Shown: positions 9,562 to 19,741, numbered from the stretch's first letter. The stretch: DNA of 64,000 nucleotides from Anaerolineales bacterium (GCA_021462845.1 JAJTXU010000001.1:1583-65582); one strand, 5' to 3'. Notes: generated by a model not told the origin, from the letters alone. Numbers and translations are program-made.

Positions 9562-10548
9562 TCAATTGGCTTTCACGCGCGGGTCGAGGTAGGTGTACAG
9601 AAAGTCCGCGAGCATGTTGGCGATGATCACGCTGACCGCCAGCAACAGAAACGCTCCCTGCAAAAGAGGGTAATCTTGTTTGACGAGCGCGGTTTGCACG
9701 AGATTGCCTAGACCGTCATACGAAAAAACGGTTTCGATGTAGATCGCGCCTGAAACGGTAAAGCCGAGGTTCAAAGCGATGATCGTCACCATCGGGAGCA
9801 TGGCGTTTCGCAACCCGTGCTTCGTGAGGACTTGAAAGTGACTCATCCCTTTTGCGCGCGCGGTGAGAATGTAATCCTCGCTTAGCACTTCAAGTATGGA
9901 GGAACGCATGATGAGCATGTATTCCCCCAAGTAAAGGATCGTAAACGTGAGCGTTGGTAATATCAAGTGACGGGCTACATCGGGAATCACCGTGTGCAGA
10001 GGCTTGCCGACATTCTCAGGGCTGACGATTCCGCCCGTCGGCAGACCGAACCACGTGCTTCCCGCCACCAGCAAAATGATTCCCAGCCAGAACGTCGGCG
10101 TCGCCCATGCGATCAACGAGAATGTGAGCGCGCCCACGTCGAACGGCGTTTTACGCTTCCAGCCTGCAAGCAAACCCAAGATCGCTCCCAACACGATCGA
10201 GAGTAATTGTCCCAAGCCGATCAGTAAAAGAGTGTTCCAAAGTTTGGAAATGAGTATCTCGCTGACCGGCTTTCTCTGCGACCACGAGACTCCCAGATTC
10301 CCTTGCGCCCATTGACCGAGCGTATCAACGAATTGATCGGGGAAGACGGGCTTATCCAAACCGAATTGCGCGCGTAACGACTCTTGCACCTCAGCAGAAA
10401 TGCGGACGTTCCGTCCGATCACCGCGCGGATGGGGTCGCCGGGGAGAACGCGAAACAGGATGAAGTCCAAGAGAAGAACGAAAAGCAATGTCAGCAGGGC
10501 AATGCCAAACTTGCCGAGTAAATAATCGCGGCGCGCCATCTTGTCCAA
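9562..10548 (-). CDS. oppB: Peptide ABC transporter permease (OppB/DppB-like)
   Basis: LPGDP, YILTARAKG, ETVFSYDGLG, QDYPLLQG; start may be 10539. Confidence 0.92.
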   Translation of the reverse strand: MDKMARRDYLLGKFGIALLTLLFVLLLDFILFRVLPGDPIRAVIGRNVRISAEVQESLRAQFGLDKPVFPDQFVDTLGQWAQGNLGVSWSQRKPVSEILISKLWNTLLLIGLGQLLSIVLGAILGLLAGWKRKTPFDVGALTFSLIAWATPTFWLGIILLVAGSTWFGLPTGGIVSPENVGKPLHTVIPDVARHLILPTLTFTILYLGEYMLIMRSSILEVLSEDYILTARAKGMSHFQVLTKHGLRNAMLPMVTIIALNLGFTVSGAIYIETVFSYDGLGNLVQTALVKQDYPLLQGAFLLLAVSVIIANMLADFLYTYLDPRVKAN

Positions 10549-10559
10549 TCCTTTTGTAC

Positions 10560-10593
10560 GTCACCCTGAGTCTGTCGAAGGACTCAGGGTGAC
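10560..10593. repeat. Palindromic element of the GTCACCCTGAG / CCTTCGACAG-CTCAGG family
   Basis: GTCACCCTGAGTC-tgtcgaag-GACTCAGGGTGAC directly after oppA; may also act as an mRNA-stabilising hairpin. Confidence 0.8.
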
Positions 10594-10608
10594 ATTGTAT
10601 AAGGTCAA

Positions 10609-12276
10609 TTACTGAACGGGCTTTGCCTGCGCAAGCGAGGCGTCGTCGTCAAGCCCTAGCGGCGATTCGATAAAGTTGGTGAATCGGTCGGAGCGATAGG
10701 CTTGAAGATAGTTGCTGTAATAGAGGACGATGTATGGGCGGTCGTTGTAGACCATGTCCTGCATCTTGTAGATGATCTCCTGCCGCTCCTCTTTGTTTAC
10801 CGCGGCTTGTTGATCGAGATAGAGTTGATCGTACTCGGGGTTGTGATATCCGGCGTCGCTCCAGCCGCCGATCACAAATTGATCGGTAACCATGATGCTC
10901 AAGATGAAATCCGGGTCAGGATCCGCTCCCCAGCCCCAAATCACCAGGTCGTAATCGCCGACCCCGGTCGTTGCCGCGATCAGGGTATCTGAATTAACAC
11001 CTTCGGGCGTTGCTTTGATACCGATCTGGCTGTACCAATCAGCCAGCAGGTCTGCAATGCGCGGATAGTTTGAAGAGTCCACGTCGAATTGCAAGCGGAA
11101 CTCAAGCCGCACGCCATCCTTCTCGCGAACGCCGTCAGCGCCTTTGACGTAACCGGCATCTTCGAGGATCTGATTGGCTTTCTCGATGCTGAACTCCGGC
11201 GTTTTGATATTCGGGTTGTGCCAGAAGCCGCCGCCGAGCGTGGGCGGAACGATCGTGTCGCCGGGCGTACCTTGACCCTGCAAAACAATATCAATGATAT
11301 CCTGCCGGTTCATGGCGGTTTCCAGCGCGAGGCGCACGGCAGGGTCTTTCAACGCCGGGTTGCCTGTCGGCGCGGGGTCGTTATCTTCGGAAACGTCATT
11401 GATGATCAACTCGTCGAAACTGCGTCCATCGAATGCGACCGCGGTAACGCCCTCGAAGCCTTTGACCGTTTCGAACGCGCTGGCGGGAACATCGGAAAGC
11501 AGGTCAATATCGCCAACTTTGAGCGCCTGGATCATCGCGTCGGCTGAATCGAACTTTTGATAGATCACCTGGTCAATGATCGGCGCGCCGTCCACATAAT
11601 CTTTATTTGCATCGAGAAGTATCACGCCGGTATCTTTGTCAAATGTATTGAGTATGAACCTGCCCGTACCAATCGGTTTGTCATTGGTGAAGTTCTGCAA
11701 GTCTTCCGGCGTTGTGAACGATTCAAAATCAGGCGGATATACGGCATACAGGAACGACAAACGATATTCCATATTCGCAATCGGGTATTCTGTTACGATT
11801 TGAACGGTCTTATCGTCGGGCGCGGTCACTTCGCTGAACCCACCCACGTAACCTGAAAGAGCCGCCCAGCCGTCGGGGTCCGCCATGATCGCGTTGATCG
11901 CCCACGCAACTTGATCGGCAGTGAGCGCTTCGCCATTGTGCCACTTCACTCCGTCTTTCAGCGTAAATGTCCAAGTTAAGCCGTCGTCCGACGTGCTCCA
12001 CTCTTTTGCCAACGCGCCAACATAATTACCGGAGGCATCCTCCGTCACCAGCGGCGAATAGACCAGATCGAATACGGCGTATGCTTCGGTAAGAAAAGCA
12101 TACGCGGGGTTAAGCGTATCGGGTTCGCCCAGCCAACCGATCTTCAACACCGCCGGTTCGCCGCCGGTAGCGGGCGCATCCGTTGGGGCTTGCGTCGCTT
12201 GCGCTCCCCCTCCGCACGCGGAAAGTATCAATGCCAGCAAAGTTACAAGGACAAGAAAGTTATATCTGATCTTCAT
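10609..12276 (-). CDS. oppA: Peptide ABC transporter substrate-binding lipoprotein (OppA/DppA, family 5)
   Basis: GAGGAG RBS before ATG at 12276; lipobox LSAC; EPDTLNP, WTFTLKDGVKWHNG, PIGTG. Confidence 0.92.
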   Translation of the reverse strand: MKIRYNFLVLVTLLALILSACGGGAQATQAPTDAPATGGEPAVLKIGWLGEPDTLNPAYAFLTEAYAVFDLVYSPLVTEDASGNYVGALAKEWSTSDDGLTWTFTLKDGVKWHNGEALTADQVAWAINAIMADPDGWAALSGYVGGFSEVTAPDDKTVQIVTEYPIANMEYRLSFLYAVYPPDFESFTTPEDLQNFTNDKPIGTGRFILNTFDKDTGVILLDANKDYVDGAPIIDQVIYQKFDSADAMIQALKVGDIDLLSDVPASAFETVKGFEGVTAVAFDGRSFDELIINDVSEDNDPAPTGNPALKDPAVRLALETAMNRQDIIDIVLQGQGTPGDTIVPPTLGGGFWHNPNIKTPEFSIEKANQILEDAGYVKGADGVREKDGVRLEFRLQFDVDSSNYPRIADLLADWYSQIGIKATPEGVNSDTLIAATTGVGDYDLVIWGWGADPDPDFILSIMVTDQFVIGGWSDAGYHNPEYDQLYLDQQAAVNKEERQEIIYKMQDMVYNDRPYIVLYYSNYLQAYRSDRFTNFIESPLGLDDDASLAQAKPVQ

Positions 12277-12607
12277 CGTTCGCTCCTCTCGGTTAATAGA
12301 AACTGCATCGCAAGCCGCCAGAGCCGCGATGCAGGGCAATCCATTGTTATACTTGGCGAAGCGACTTCTCAGTCGAGTTCATTGAGAATTATTCTACTGT
12401 ATATTCAGGATTGAGGAAAGATAATCCGCTAGACAAAATGGGCGCCTTGAATCCTTGAGCGAGCGCTCTGGTAAAGATTTCGCGCAGTGATCGTGGACTG
12501 CGTCAGCGCGGGAACATCCATGCCGTAGAAAAGCTAGTAGGGATGGTTATACGGCAGATTGTTTGTATAATAGCCTGCGTACCGCAGTATACGTCTGAAC
12601 TTACCGA

Positions 12608-13732
12608 ATGGTAAAGAAAATCATGAAACCATCCTCTCTCACACTCCACCACATCTCCATGCCGCTGGTTGCGCCATTCGAAACCTCGTTCGGGCGCGAG
12701 ACGGTGCGCGAGTGCGTCATCGTTGCACTCCACGCCGAAGGACTGACCGGCTACGGCGAATGCGTCGCTTCGCGCGAGCCGGGCTACAACTACGAAACGA
12801 CCGGCACCGCGTGGCACATCCTCAAAGAGTTCATCGCCCCGTTGATCTTGGGACAAGACATCGCCGATGCCAACGACTTCCAATCCCGCGTCGAGCGGAT
12901 TCGCGGACATCACCTCGCCAAAGCAGGAGTCGAAATGGCATTGTGGGACTTGTTCGGCAAGCGCGACGGCAAATCGCTGAAAGAAATGTTCGGAGGCGCG
13001 CGAGGCGAGGTCGAGGTGGGAGTATCCATCGGGATTCAAGAATCCGCATCCGCGCTGGTGAAGACGGTTGATTCGTATTTAGGTCAGGGCTATCGCCGCG
13101 TCAAGATCAAGATCAAACCCGGGCGCGAAGTGGAGGAGACGCTCGCCGTCCGCAAGGCGTACCCCGACTTGCGTTTACAGGTGGACGCGAATTCCGCGTA
13201 CACGCTCGAGTCCGCGCAGGTGTTGAAAAAGATCGACGACTTGAATCTCCTGCTGATCGAACAACCTCTGTTCGAAGATGATATTTGGGATCACCGCCTC
13301 CTGCAATCTGAATTCAAAACTCCCATCTGCCTCGATGAAAGCGTCGTCTCGCCGCGCCATGCGCGTTACGCGCTGGAGATGAAAGCCTGCAAGATCATCA
13401 ACATCAAACCCGCGCGTGTCGGCGGGTTGAGTCAGGCGGTTGCGATTCACGATCATTGCCTCGCTCAAAAAGTCCCCGTTTGGTGTGGCGGGATGCTCGA
13501 AACGGGAATCGGACGCGCCTCGAACCTCGCGCTCGCCTCCCTGCCCGGTTTCGTCCTGCCCGGCGACATCTCCGCTTCGGACCGTTACTATCACCGCGAT
13601 ATCACGAACGAGCGATTCGCGTTGAACGACGACAGCACGATCACTGTGCCAACCGGTCACGGCTTGGGCGTGACGATTGACGAATCCGCGCTGAAAGAAT
13701 TTTCGCTCGCTGAAATTACATTGAAAGCGTGA
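12608..13732 (+). CDS. menC: o-succinylbenzoate synthase / N-acylamino acid racemase (enolase superfamily, MLE subgroup)
   Basis: PFETSFG, KIKIKP, VDANSAY, IEQPL, CLDES, NIKPARVGG, WCGGMLETGIGR, PGDISASDRY. Confidence 0.85.
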   Translation: MVKKIMKPSSLTLHHISMPLVAPFETSFGRETVRECVIVALHAEGLTGYGECVASREPGYNYETTGTAWHILKEFIAPLILGQDIADANDFQSRVERIRGHHLAKAGVEMALWDLFGKRDGKSLKEMFGGARGEVEVGVSIGIQESASALVKTVDSYLGQGYRRVKIKIKPGREVEETLAVRKAYPDLRLQVDANSAYTLESAQVLKKIDDLNLLLIEQPLFEDDIWDHRLLQSEFKTPICLDESVVSPRHARYALEMKACKIINIKPARVGGLSQAVAIHDHCLAQKVPVWCGGMLETGIGRASNLALASLPGFVLPGDISASDRYYHRDITNERFALNDDSTITVPTGHGLGVTIDESALKEFSLAEITLKA

Positions 13733-13770
13733 GAATTTCCTTCTTAATATCGAGCACAAAACCCGATCCA

Positions 13771-13872
13771 TGTCATTCTCCCGAAGGACATCGGGACGAT
13801 GTGAGCGAAGCGAAGAATCTCTACCATGGCATGAGAGACCCTTCGTGGCGCCTCGCGCCACTCAGGGCGACA
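13771..13872. repeat. TGTCATTCTGAGC...CTCAGGGCGACA repeat carrying a nested ~23-nt hairpin
   Basis: Shares GAGCGAAGCGAAG-ATCTCT and GAGACCCTTCGTGGCG...CGCCACTCAGGG with 24207-24289. Confidence 0.8.
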
Positions 13873-13909
13873 TTCCTTGTTGGAAGTTGACAGTTATAAT
13901 CATCGCGCC

Positions 13910-15610
13910 ATGAAAAAACTTCACTCGCTTTTTATCCTCCTCCTGTTAATATCCTGTTCTCCTCAAGCGCCAAACAATCTCCAATCACCAATCTCACCTG
14001 CCACATCAACGCCGATTCCAACACTCGAACCTATCGCATTCACTCCCGCGCCGTCAAATACCCACATCGGCGATTCGGTTCCCACGTCATTGCGCGCACA
14101 AGTGCAAAATCTAAATTTACAAAACTTCACCCTCGACGCGTCGCCGTTCGTCGAATCGAATCCGTCGCTGAGCAAGAAAAAATTTCAATGGGTCTACGCG
14201 CTCGTCGCGCCGTTCCCAACCGCGACAGACGGCGTCACACTTGACCAACTCCACCTCGCATGGACGGAAGGCAAATTGCTTAATGGGATGCCTCTGTTGA
14301 TGGAAGCATCTACACGGGACGCCTTAACCGTCCTATGGGACGCGCCAGCATCCCTGTCGGTACGAATCGTTTCGACGGGCGAACTGCTCGACCAAGCGTG
14401 GAGCGAATCCGCTTGGGCGATCATCCCGTTTGAAGAACTCCAGCCGAAGTGGAAAGTGTTGACCATTGACAATCAATCGCCGATCAGAAAAAATTTTGAT
14501 CTCGCGTCTTATCCGTTGGTTGTTGACTTCACCCTTCAATCGTCATCCAATTCTCTACTCTCTAATTCTCCGATCTCTAATCACGATCCATCGAAACTGA
14601 CAACCGTCATCCTCACCGGCGTCACCGCCCTCGTGCGCGCCACCGCCGTGACGATGGAATACAAAGGCGCGACGTATCCCGGCGAAAAAATACGAGACGT
14701 GTTGCGCGAAGCGGATATCACCCATATCAGCAACGAAATTCCGTTTTTTACCGGGTGCGAATTTCCCAAACCCGACGCGACGGGTCCGCTGGTATTTTGT
14801 AGTGATCCGAAATACATCGAACTGCTCACCGATGTCGGCGCGGACGTGGTGGAGTTAACCGGCAATCACTTCGCCGATCGCGGCGCGCAAGGCATGCTGG
14901 AGACCATCGAAATTTACAATCAACATCATCTGCCCTATTTTGGCGGCGGCGCCGATTTGCAGGATTCGCTGGAGCCTGCCTTGTTCGAAGTTAACGGCAA
15001 TAAGATCGCGTTCGTTGGTTGCAACAAGCCCGATGTTGACCGCTTCCCCACCGCGCGCGACTTCCGCCCCGGCGCCGCGCCGTGCGACTTTAACTATCTC
15101 GCGGGGAAAATCGCCGAATTGCGCGCGCAGGGATATGTCGTCATCTCCACCTTCCAATGGAACGAGAGTTACGACTCGCGCCCCAGCCCGCAACAAATGA
15201 CCGACTTTCGCTTGATGGCAGAGTCCGGCGCGTCGATCGTGAGCGGCAGTCAGGCGCATTACCCGCAGATGATGGAATTTTATGACGATGCGTTCATCCA
15301 CTACGGGCTCGGCAATCTATTCTTCGATCAGATGGGCGACCAGAGTTGGATGCCGCCGGGCATCCGCCGTGAATTTTATGACCGCTATGTGATCTATGAC
15401 GGCAAACTCATCAGCGTGGAGTTGTTGACCGGCATCCTCGAAGATTACTCGCGCCCACGCTTGATGACTGAAGAGGAACGCGCCGGGTTTTTGAACGATT
15501 ACTTTTATCACAGCGGGTGGACCTCACTGGTCCCGACGCCTGTTCCCACGATCACGCCTACGCTCACGCCGATGTCTATTCCAACAATCATGGCAACGCC
15601 GAAGCAATAA
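13910..15610 (+). CDS. CapA/PGA_cap family metallophosphoesterase-fold lipoprotein
   Basis: Lipobox LISC; ELTGNHF, YFGGG, ISTFQW, VSGSQAHYPQ, HYGLGNLFFDQ. Confidence 0.85.
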   Translation: MKKLHSLFILLLLISCSPQAPNNLQSPISPATSTPIPTLEPIAFTPAPSNTHIGDSVPTSLRAQVQNLNLQNFTLDASPFVESNPSLSKKKFQWVYALVAPFPTATDGVTLDQLHLAWTEGKLLNGMPLLMEASTRDALTVLWDAPASLSVRIVSTGELLDQAWSESAWAIIPFEELQPKWKVLTIDNQSPIRKNFDLASYPLVVDFTLQSSSNSLLSNSPISNHDPSKLTTVILTGVTALVRATAVTMEYKGATYPGEKIRDVLREADITHISNEIPFFTGCEFPKPDATGPLVFCSDPKYIELLTDVGADVVELTGNHFADRGAQGMLETIEIYNQHHLPYFGGGADLQDSLEPALFEVNGNKIAFVGCNKPDVDRFPTARDFRPGAAPCDFNYLAGKIAELRAQGYVVISTFQWNESYDSRPSPQQMTDFRLMAESGASIVSGSQAHYPQMMEFYDDAFIHYGLGNLFFDQMGDQSWMPPGIRREFYDRYVIYDGKLISVELLTGILEDYSRPRLMTEEERAGFLNDYFYHSGWTSLVPTPVPTITPTLTPMSIPTIMATPKQ

Positions 15611-15720
15611 AGTTGGGCGATGCTTCATCCCCAGCCGTTTGGTCATGAACTTAAAACGGTTAACCTGCGCCAGAATTGGGTAAGATACGTCAGTTCGGGA
15701 TAATGATTAGTCGGTCATTT

Positions 15721-15823
15721 TGGACGCTGACACTTGCACCGAACGCAAGTGCGGTGTGAACGCAGAAAACGCAGATTTTTTTCTTTTTCATCAGCGTGAA
15801 TCAGCGTTTTTCAGCGTCCCGAT
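15721..15823. repeat. GGGACGCWGA element, copy 2, with a 26-nt nested palindrome
   Basis: Reverse complement aligns with 6506-6582 apart from the insert ACACCGCACTTGCGTTCGGTGCAAGT. Confidence 0.75.
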
Positions 15824-15884
15824 CACTAACCCGAATTCACGTTAAGATGGTTGCAATATTCCGCCACCCGGTAAGGAGCGCCCC

Positions 15885-16592
15885 ATGAATCCAAGTCGCA
15901 AATATTTAGGCATGACCATTCCACAATTAGGCGTGCTCGCCGGGCTTGCGGGAGTGTTGTTGCTAATTCTTTGTATCGGCGGCTGGTTGATCCTTGGCGG
16001 CGGGTCGAACACGGCGAGTCCTCAGCAAATTCCAACCGCGATCAGCCCAACCGCGACATTGATCGTCACGCCAACGATCACGCCGACCTCCGCGCCGACC
16101 GCGATTCCGTACGAGCAATTAATCCCGCAGGGATGGGTGCAGCATAAAACCGCGCTGGTTGAACTATGGATGCCCTCGGTCTATAAAGATTCCAAACTTC
16201 CCATTCCCGAAGGCGAAGCGCTGGCGGCGCAAATTTCCCTCACCTTGTTACAGCCCGGCACAAAAAAAACAACTGTATACAATAAGTGGGCGGTTGTTTC
16301 GTATGAACCTCTCACCCTCGAGTCGCTGGATTCGTTCCTCGACGTGAAGATCCAGTCGGTGCCGTTACCTGCGCGCGTGGTGGAACGTCGAAAGATTGAA
16401 CTGAACGGCGCGCCCGCCGTGCGCGTTTTGTCTGAATTTCGAGAGAATAATCTCGACGTGACAGAATTGACATACGTCTTTCAAGACGGCGGCACGGTAT
16501 GGTATGTCAGTTTTTGGGCGGAGATCAATGAGTTTTATGAAAACATCGAAACGTTCGAGAAAGCCGCGCTGACCTTTCGCCTCGTAAAGTAG
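15885..16592 (+). CDS. Membrane-anchored hypothetical protein, Pro/Thr linker plus possible PsbP/DcrB-like domain
   Basis: GGAG RBS; one TM helix; PTATLIVTPTITPT linker; beta-rich C-terminal domain. Confidence 0.7.
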   Translation: MNPSRKYLGMTIPQLGVLAGLAGVLLLILCIGGWLILGGGSNTASPQQIPTAISPTATLIVTPTITPTSAPTAIPYEQLIPQGWVQHKTALVELWMPSVYKDSKLPIPEGEALAAQISLTLLQPGTKKTTVYNKWAVVSYEPLTLESLDSFLDVKIQSVPLPARVVERRKIELNGAPAVRVLSEFRENNLDVTELTYVFQDGGTVWYVSFWAEINEFYENIETFEKAALTFRLVK

Positions 16593-16606
16593 CCTGCTTG
16601 GCGCAG

Positions 16607-16639
16607 AACCTTGCGAAGGCTCACAGCCTTCGCAAGGTT
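16607..16639. repeat. 33-bp perfect palindrome
   Basis: AACCTTGCGAAGGCT-CAC-AGCCTTCGCAAGGTT. Confidence 0.85.
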
Positions 16640-17191
16640 TCAATCGAAATAAATATTCAAATCCGAACAGTCGAATCGATTTCCGCAATTGGGACAAGTA
16701 ACCTTGCAATTCTTCTCGCGCATTTCGTTCCCGCATCGGTCGCAAACGTAAACCTTTCGGTTCTGCTCAGTGTGCGCCTGCTTCAGTTTCCCCCAATCTT
16801 CATCCCACCTGACGGGCTTTAGCCGCGTCAGATCAAATTCTCCAATTCTCTGTTCTCCCAACCTCATCACTTCGTTGATCGCCTCGTCCGCATCCCGTCG
16901 CAATTCCTCCACGCGGATTCCCCGGCAGACCGATGGAAAATCTTTCAGCCATCGGACGCTTCGTCCATGCACCTTCACCGCGCCGTTGTAATTCCCGCGC
17001 GTGATGTGCAGGTACGCGACCCCCACTTGTAAAATTCCCCGGTACAGGTCGCGGACTTTTCCCTTCTCTTCCAGCCACGCCGCCTCAAGCGCTTCATGCG
17101 CCTCGAAGTACTTCCCTTCACTGAAGAGACGCAATCCCTGCGCGGCGTGCGGATGGAGCGGACTGGCACAGTCGATAGTTGATTCGGTCAT
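16640..17191 (-). CDS. DUF309 family protein with C-terminal zinc ribbon
   Basis: YFEAHEALEAAW...YRGILQVGVAYLH; C-terminal CDRC...CKVTCPNC...C. Confidence 0.85.
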   Translation of the reverse strand: MTESTIDCASPLHPHAAQGLRLFSEGKYFEAHEALEAAWLEEKGKVRDLYRGILQVGVAYLHITRGNYNGAVKVHGRSVRWLKDFPSVCRGIRVEELRRDADEAINEVMRLGEQRIGEFDLTRLKPVRWDEDWGKLKQAHTEQNRKVYVCDRCGNEMREKNCKVTCPNCGNRFDCSDLNIYFD

Positions 17192-17240
17192 GGCGAGGGT
17201 GTTGGTGATTATAGCCGGGATGGTACAATCCCCTCACCCT

Positions 17241-18125
17241 ATGCGCGCCTTGTTATCCAACAAAATCCTAATCGCCATTCTGGGGCTGACCGCCCTCGCG
17301 GCATTAATGATCCTCGCCTCCGGGCTGGGCGGCATGGATTTTCGAGAGGGGCAACAATTCGGAACCGGAACGGCAAACGGAGTTCGCTCCGCCGCCATCG
17401 AAGCCATCCGGAATATGCAAGCCATCCCTTTCCAGACTCAATTGACTGTTGCGATCCTGCTCGTCGTACTATTCGCGATGATTAGCATGCTCCTCTCGCC
17501 CGAAATGCGCAAACGCCTGATCAAAGCCGTCATTCGGGCAATTCTCACCATCTGGCTGTTATCTGTTATCTTCACCCGCTATCCAAACATCCTCAACCAG
17601 TTGGGGCTTAACCTTTCCGCATTGAATGCCGAGTCGGGCGAGACAACGACCGGAGCGGCGGCTCCGGAATTCACGCCGCCTCAATCCGCTTCGTGGATAT
17701 CGTACCTGCTGAGTTTCGGTCTGCTCGCCCTGGCGCTATTTATCGTATGGAAAGTGTACTCTTTTTGGAAGGAACTCAACGCCCCATCGTCCGATATTTC
17801 AAAAACAAAGATCGCAAAGATCGCCCGCACCTCCATTCTGGATTTATCCGCAGGCAGAGAATCGTCCGATGTGATTCTCAACTGCTACTATCGGATGAGT
17901 GATGCGGTCTCACATCGCAAAAACCTGAACCGAAACGCTTCGATGACCCCGAGTGAATTTGCCTCACGCCTGGAAGCGGAAGGCATCCCCTCCGACGCGG
18001 TGCGCGCGCTGACACGGCTCTTCGAGTCGGTTCGTTATGGCGGGCAAAGATCGAATCCGAACATGGTGAACGAAGCCGTGGCGTGTCTCACTTCCATTTT
18101 GCAACACTGCGGGGAACCGGCATGA
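17241..18125 (+). CDS. DUF4129-domain membrane protein
   Basis: Several TM helices then YYRM...SMTPSEF...LTRLFESVRYG. Confidence 0.8.
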   Translation: MRALLSNKILIAILGLTALAALMILASGLGGMDFREGQQFGTGTANGVRSAAIEAIRNMQAIPFQTQLTVAILLVVLFAMISMLLSPEMRKRLIKAVIRAILTIWLLSVIFTRYPNILNQLGLNLSALNAESGETTTGAAAPEFTPPQSASWISYLLSFGLLALALFIVWKVYSFWKELNAPSSDISKTKIAKIARTSILDLSAGRESSDVILNCYYRMSDAVSHRKNLNRNASMTPSEFASRLEAEGIPSDAVRALTRLFESVRYGGQRSNPNMVNEAVACLTSILQHCGEPA

Positions 18126-18724
18126 CCCGCCGTAACCTTGCGGCGCTGATTATCATTACAGTCATCGCCGCCCTGCTGGCATTTCCGTTCCGCGAGGCGG
18201 TGTATCACCTTGTGGTGATTCCGCTTGCCTACGTGTTTTGGTTGCTCGGGTTGTTTTACCGCTCCATCGACCAATCGTTTTGGTGGATCGGCATCGTGCT
18301 GGTTACCCTGCTCGTTCTGGGAATCAGCCTCCTACCGGAGATCAAGCCGAACGGAAGAAAGATCGACCTCCAGCGCGAGGAACGCGGAGGCGTGGAAAGT
18401 CTCGCGCGAGCATTGGAGAAATCGAATCAAGGAACCTACTTCAAGTGGATGGTGGCGAACCGCCTCGGCAAGTTGGCGCATCAACTGCTTTCCCTGCGCG
18501 AACATGGAAAACCGCGCTCCCTGTTTGCGCCGCTCGCCGGCGAAGGCTGGGAACCGCCCGATGAAGTGCGGCAATATCTCGAACGCGGGTTGCAGGGTTC
18601 GTTTGCAGACTTCCCGATTGCGAGGTGGGATTATTTTTCACAACCTAAAAAAAACCCGCTTGATCTACACGTGAAAGAAGCGGTGGAGTTTCTTGAATCG
18701 CAACACTTGGACGGTCATGTATAA
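18122..18724 (+). CDS. Hypothetical membrane protein of the MoxR operon
   Basis: ATGA overlap with the upstream stop; N-terminal TM helices. Confidence 0.75.
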   Translation: MTRRNLAALIIITVIAALLAFPFREAVYHLVVIPLAYVFWLLGLFYRSIDQSFWWIGIVLVTLLVLGISLLPEIKPNGRKIDLQREERGGVESLARALEKSNQGTYFKWMVANRLGKLAHQLLSLREHGKPRSLFAPLAGEGWEPPDEVRQYLERGLQGSFADFPIARWDYFSQPKKNPLDLHVKEAVEFLESQHLDGHV

Positions 18725-18754
18725 CGTGACGGTCATCTCACTCGTGGAGTCAAC

Positions 18755-19708
18755 GTGGCAGACATAAAAAAAGTATCGATGATTGGCAATCAGATCATTG
18801 CCGAGGTGGAACGCGCGGTGGTGGGCAAACGCGCCCTGCTCGAAATGATGATGGCGTCTGTGCTGGCGGGCGGGCACATGCTTCTCGAAGATTTTCCCGG
18901 GCTTGGCAAAACGCTCATTGCGCGCAGTTTCGCCAAAGCGCTCGGGCTGGATTTCAAGCGCATCCAATTCACGCCCGACCTTCTGCCCGGCGACATCACA
19001 GGCGGGTACATTTTCAACCGCGTAAAAAATAAATTCGAACTACGCAAAGGACCGGTGTTCGCCAATATTGTGCTCGCCGACGAGATCAACCGCGCCTCGC
19101 CGAAAACCCAATCGGCATTACTCGAAGCCATGCAGGAGGGACACGTCACCATCGATGGCGAATCACTGCCCCTGCCTGAACCGTTCCTCGTGCTTGCCAC
19201 GCAAAACCCCATCGAATATGAGGGGACTTTCCCGCTCCCCGAAGCGCAACTCGACCGCTTTATGTTGAAACTTACGGTGGGTCACCCCACGCTCGAAGAG
19301 GAGAAATTGATTTTGCAACGGCGGCGCGAACGCAAGCAAGATGAAGTGGAGTTGCGCGAGATCGCGAAAGCAAAACAAGTGCTGGAATTACGCGAAGCGG
19401 TCGAGTCGGTTCACGTGGACGCCGATCTTGAAAGTTACATCGCGACCCTTGTCCATGCCACACGCATCGACCGCCGCGTGGCAGTGGGAGCCAGTCCGCG
19501 CGGGTCGCTGGCTTTCCTCAAGATGGCGCGCGCCAATGCCGCGCTCGCCGCGCGCGACTTTATCATCCCCGACGATATCAAACGCTATGCCGCGCCCATC
19601 CTCGCCCACCGCGTGATCCTCCAACCCGAATACTGGATGTCGCGCTCGGTCAGCGACGATGTCATCCGCGACGCGCTGGAGAAGACGCCGGTGCCGGTTA
19701 TTAAATAG
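18755..19708 (+). CDS. moxR: MoxR family AAA+ ATPase
   Basis: EDFPGLGKT, RIQFTPDLLPGD, ADEINRASPKTQSALLEAM, ATQNPIEYEGTFPLPEAQLDRF. Confidence 0.95.
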   Translation: MADIKKVSMIGNQIIAEVERAVVGKRALLEMMMASVLAGGHMLLEDFPGLGKTLIARSFAKALGLDFKRIQFTPDLLPGDITGGYIFNRVKNKFELRKGPVFANIVLADEINRASPKTQSALLEAMQEGHVTIDGESLPLPEPFLVLATQNPIEYEGTFPLPEAQLDRFMLKLTVGHPTLEEEKLILQRRRERKQDEVELREIAKAKQVLELREAVESVHVDADLESYIATLVHATRIDRRVAVGASPRGSLAFLKMARANAALAARDFIIPDDIKRYAAPILAHRVILQPEYWMSRSVSDDVIRDALEKTPVPVIK

Positions 19709-19736
19709 TTTGATAGTTTGATAGTTTGGTAGTCTA
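19705..19736. repeat. Short tandem repeat (ATAGTTTG)x3 plus a degenerate unit
   Basis: Read directly; the first unit supplies the moxR stop codon. Confidence 0.85.
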
Positions 19737-19741
19737 TAGTT

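Noticed and set aside
13888-13900. TTGACA and TATAAT upstream of the CapA gene as a promoter pair
   Set aside because: The spacer is only 1 nt; at most the TATAAT acts as a -10 for a near-leaderless transcript
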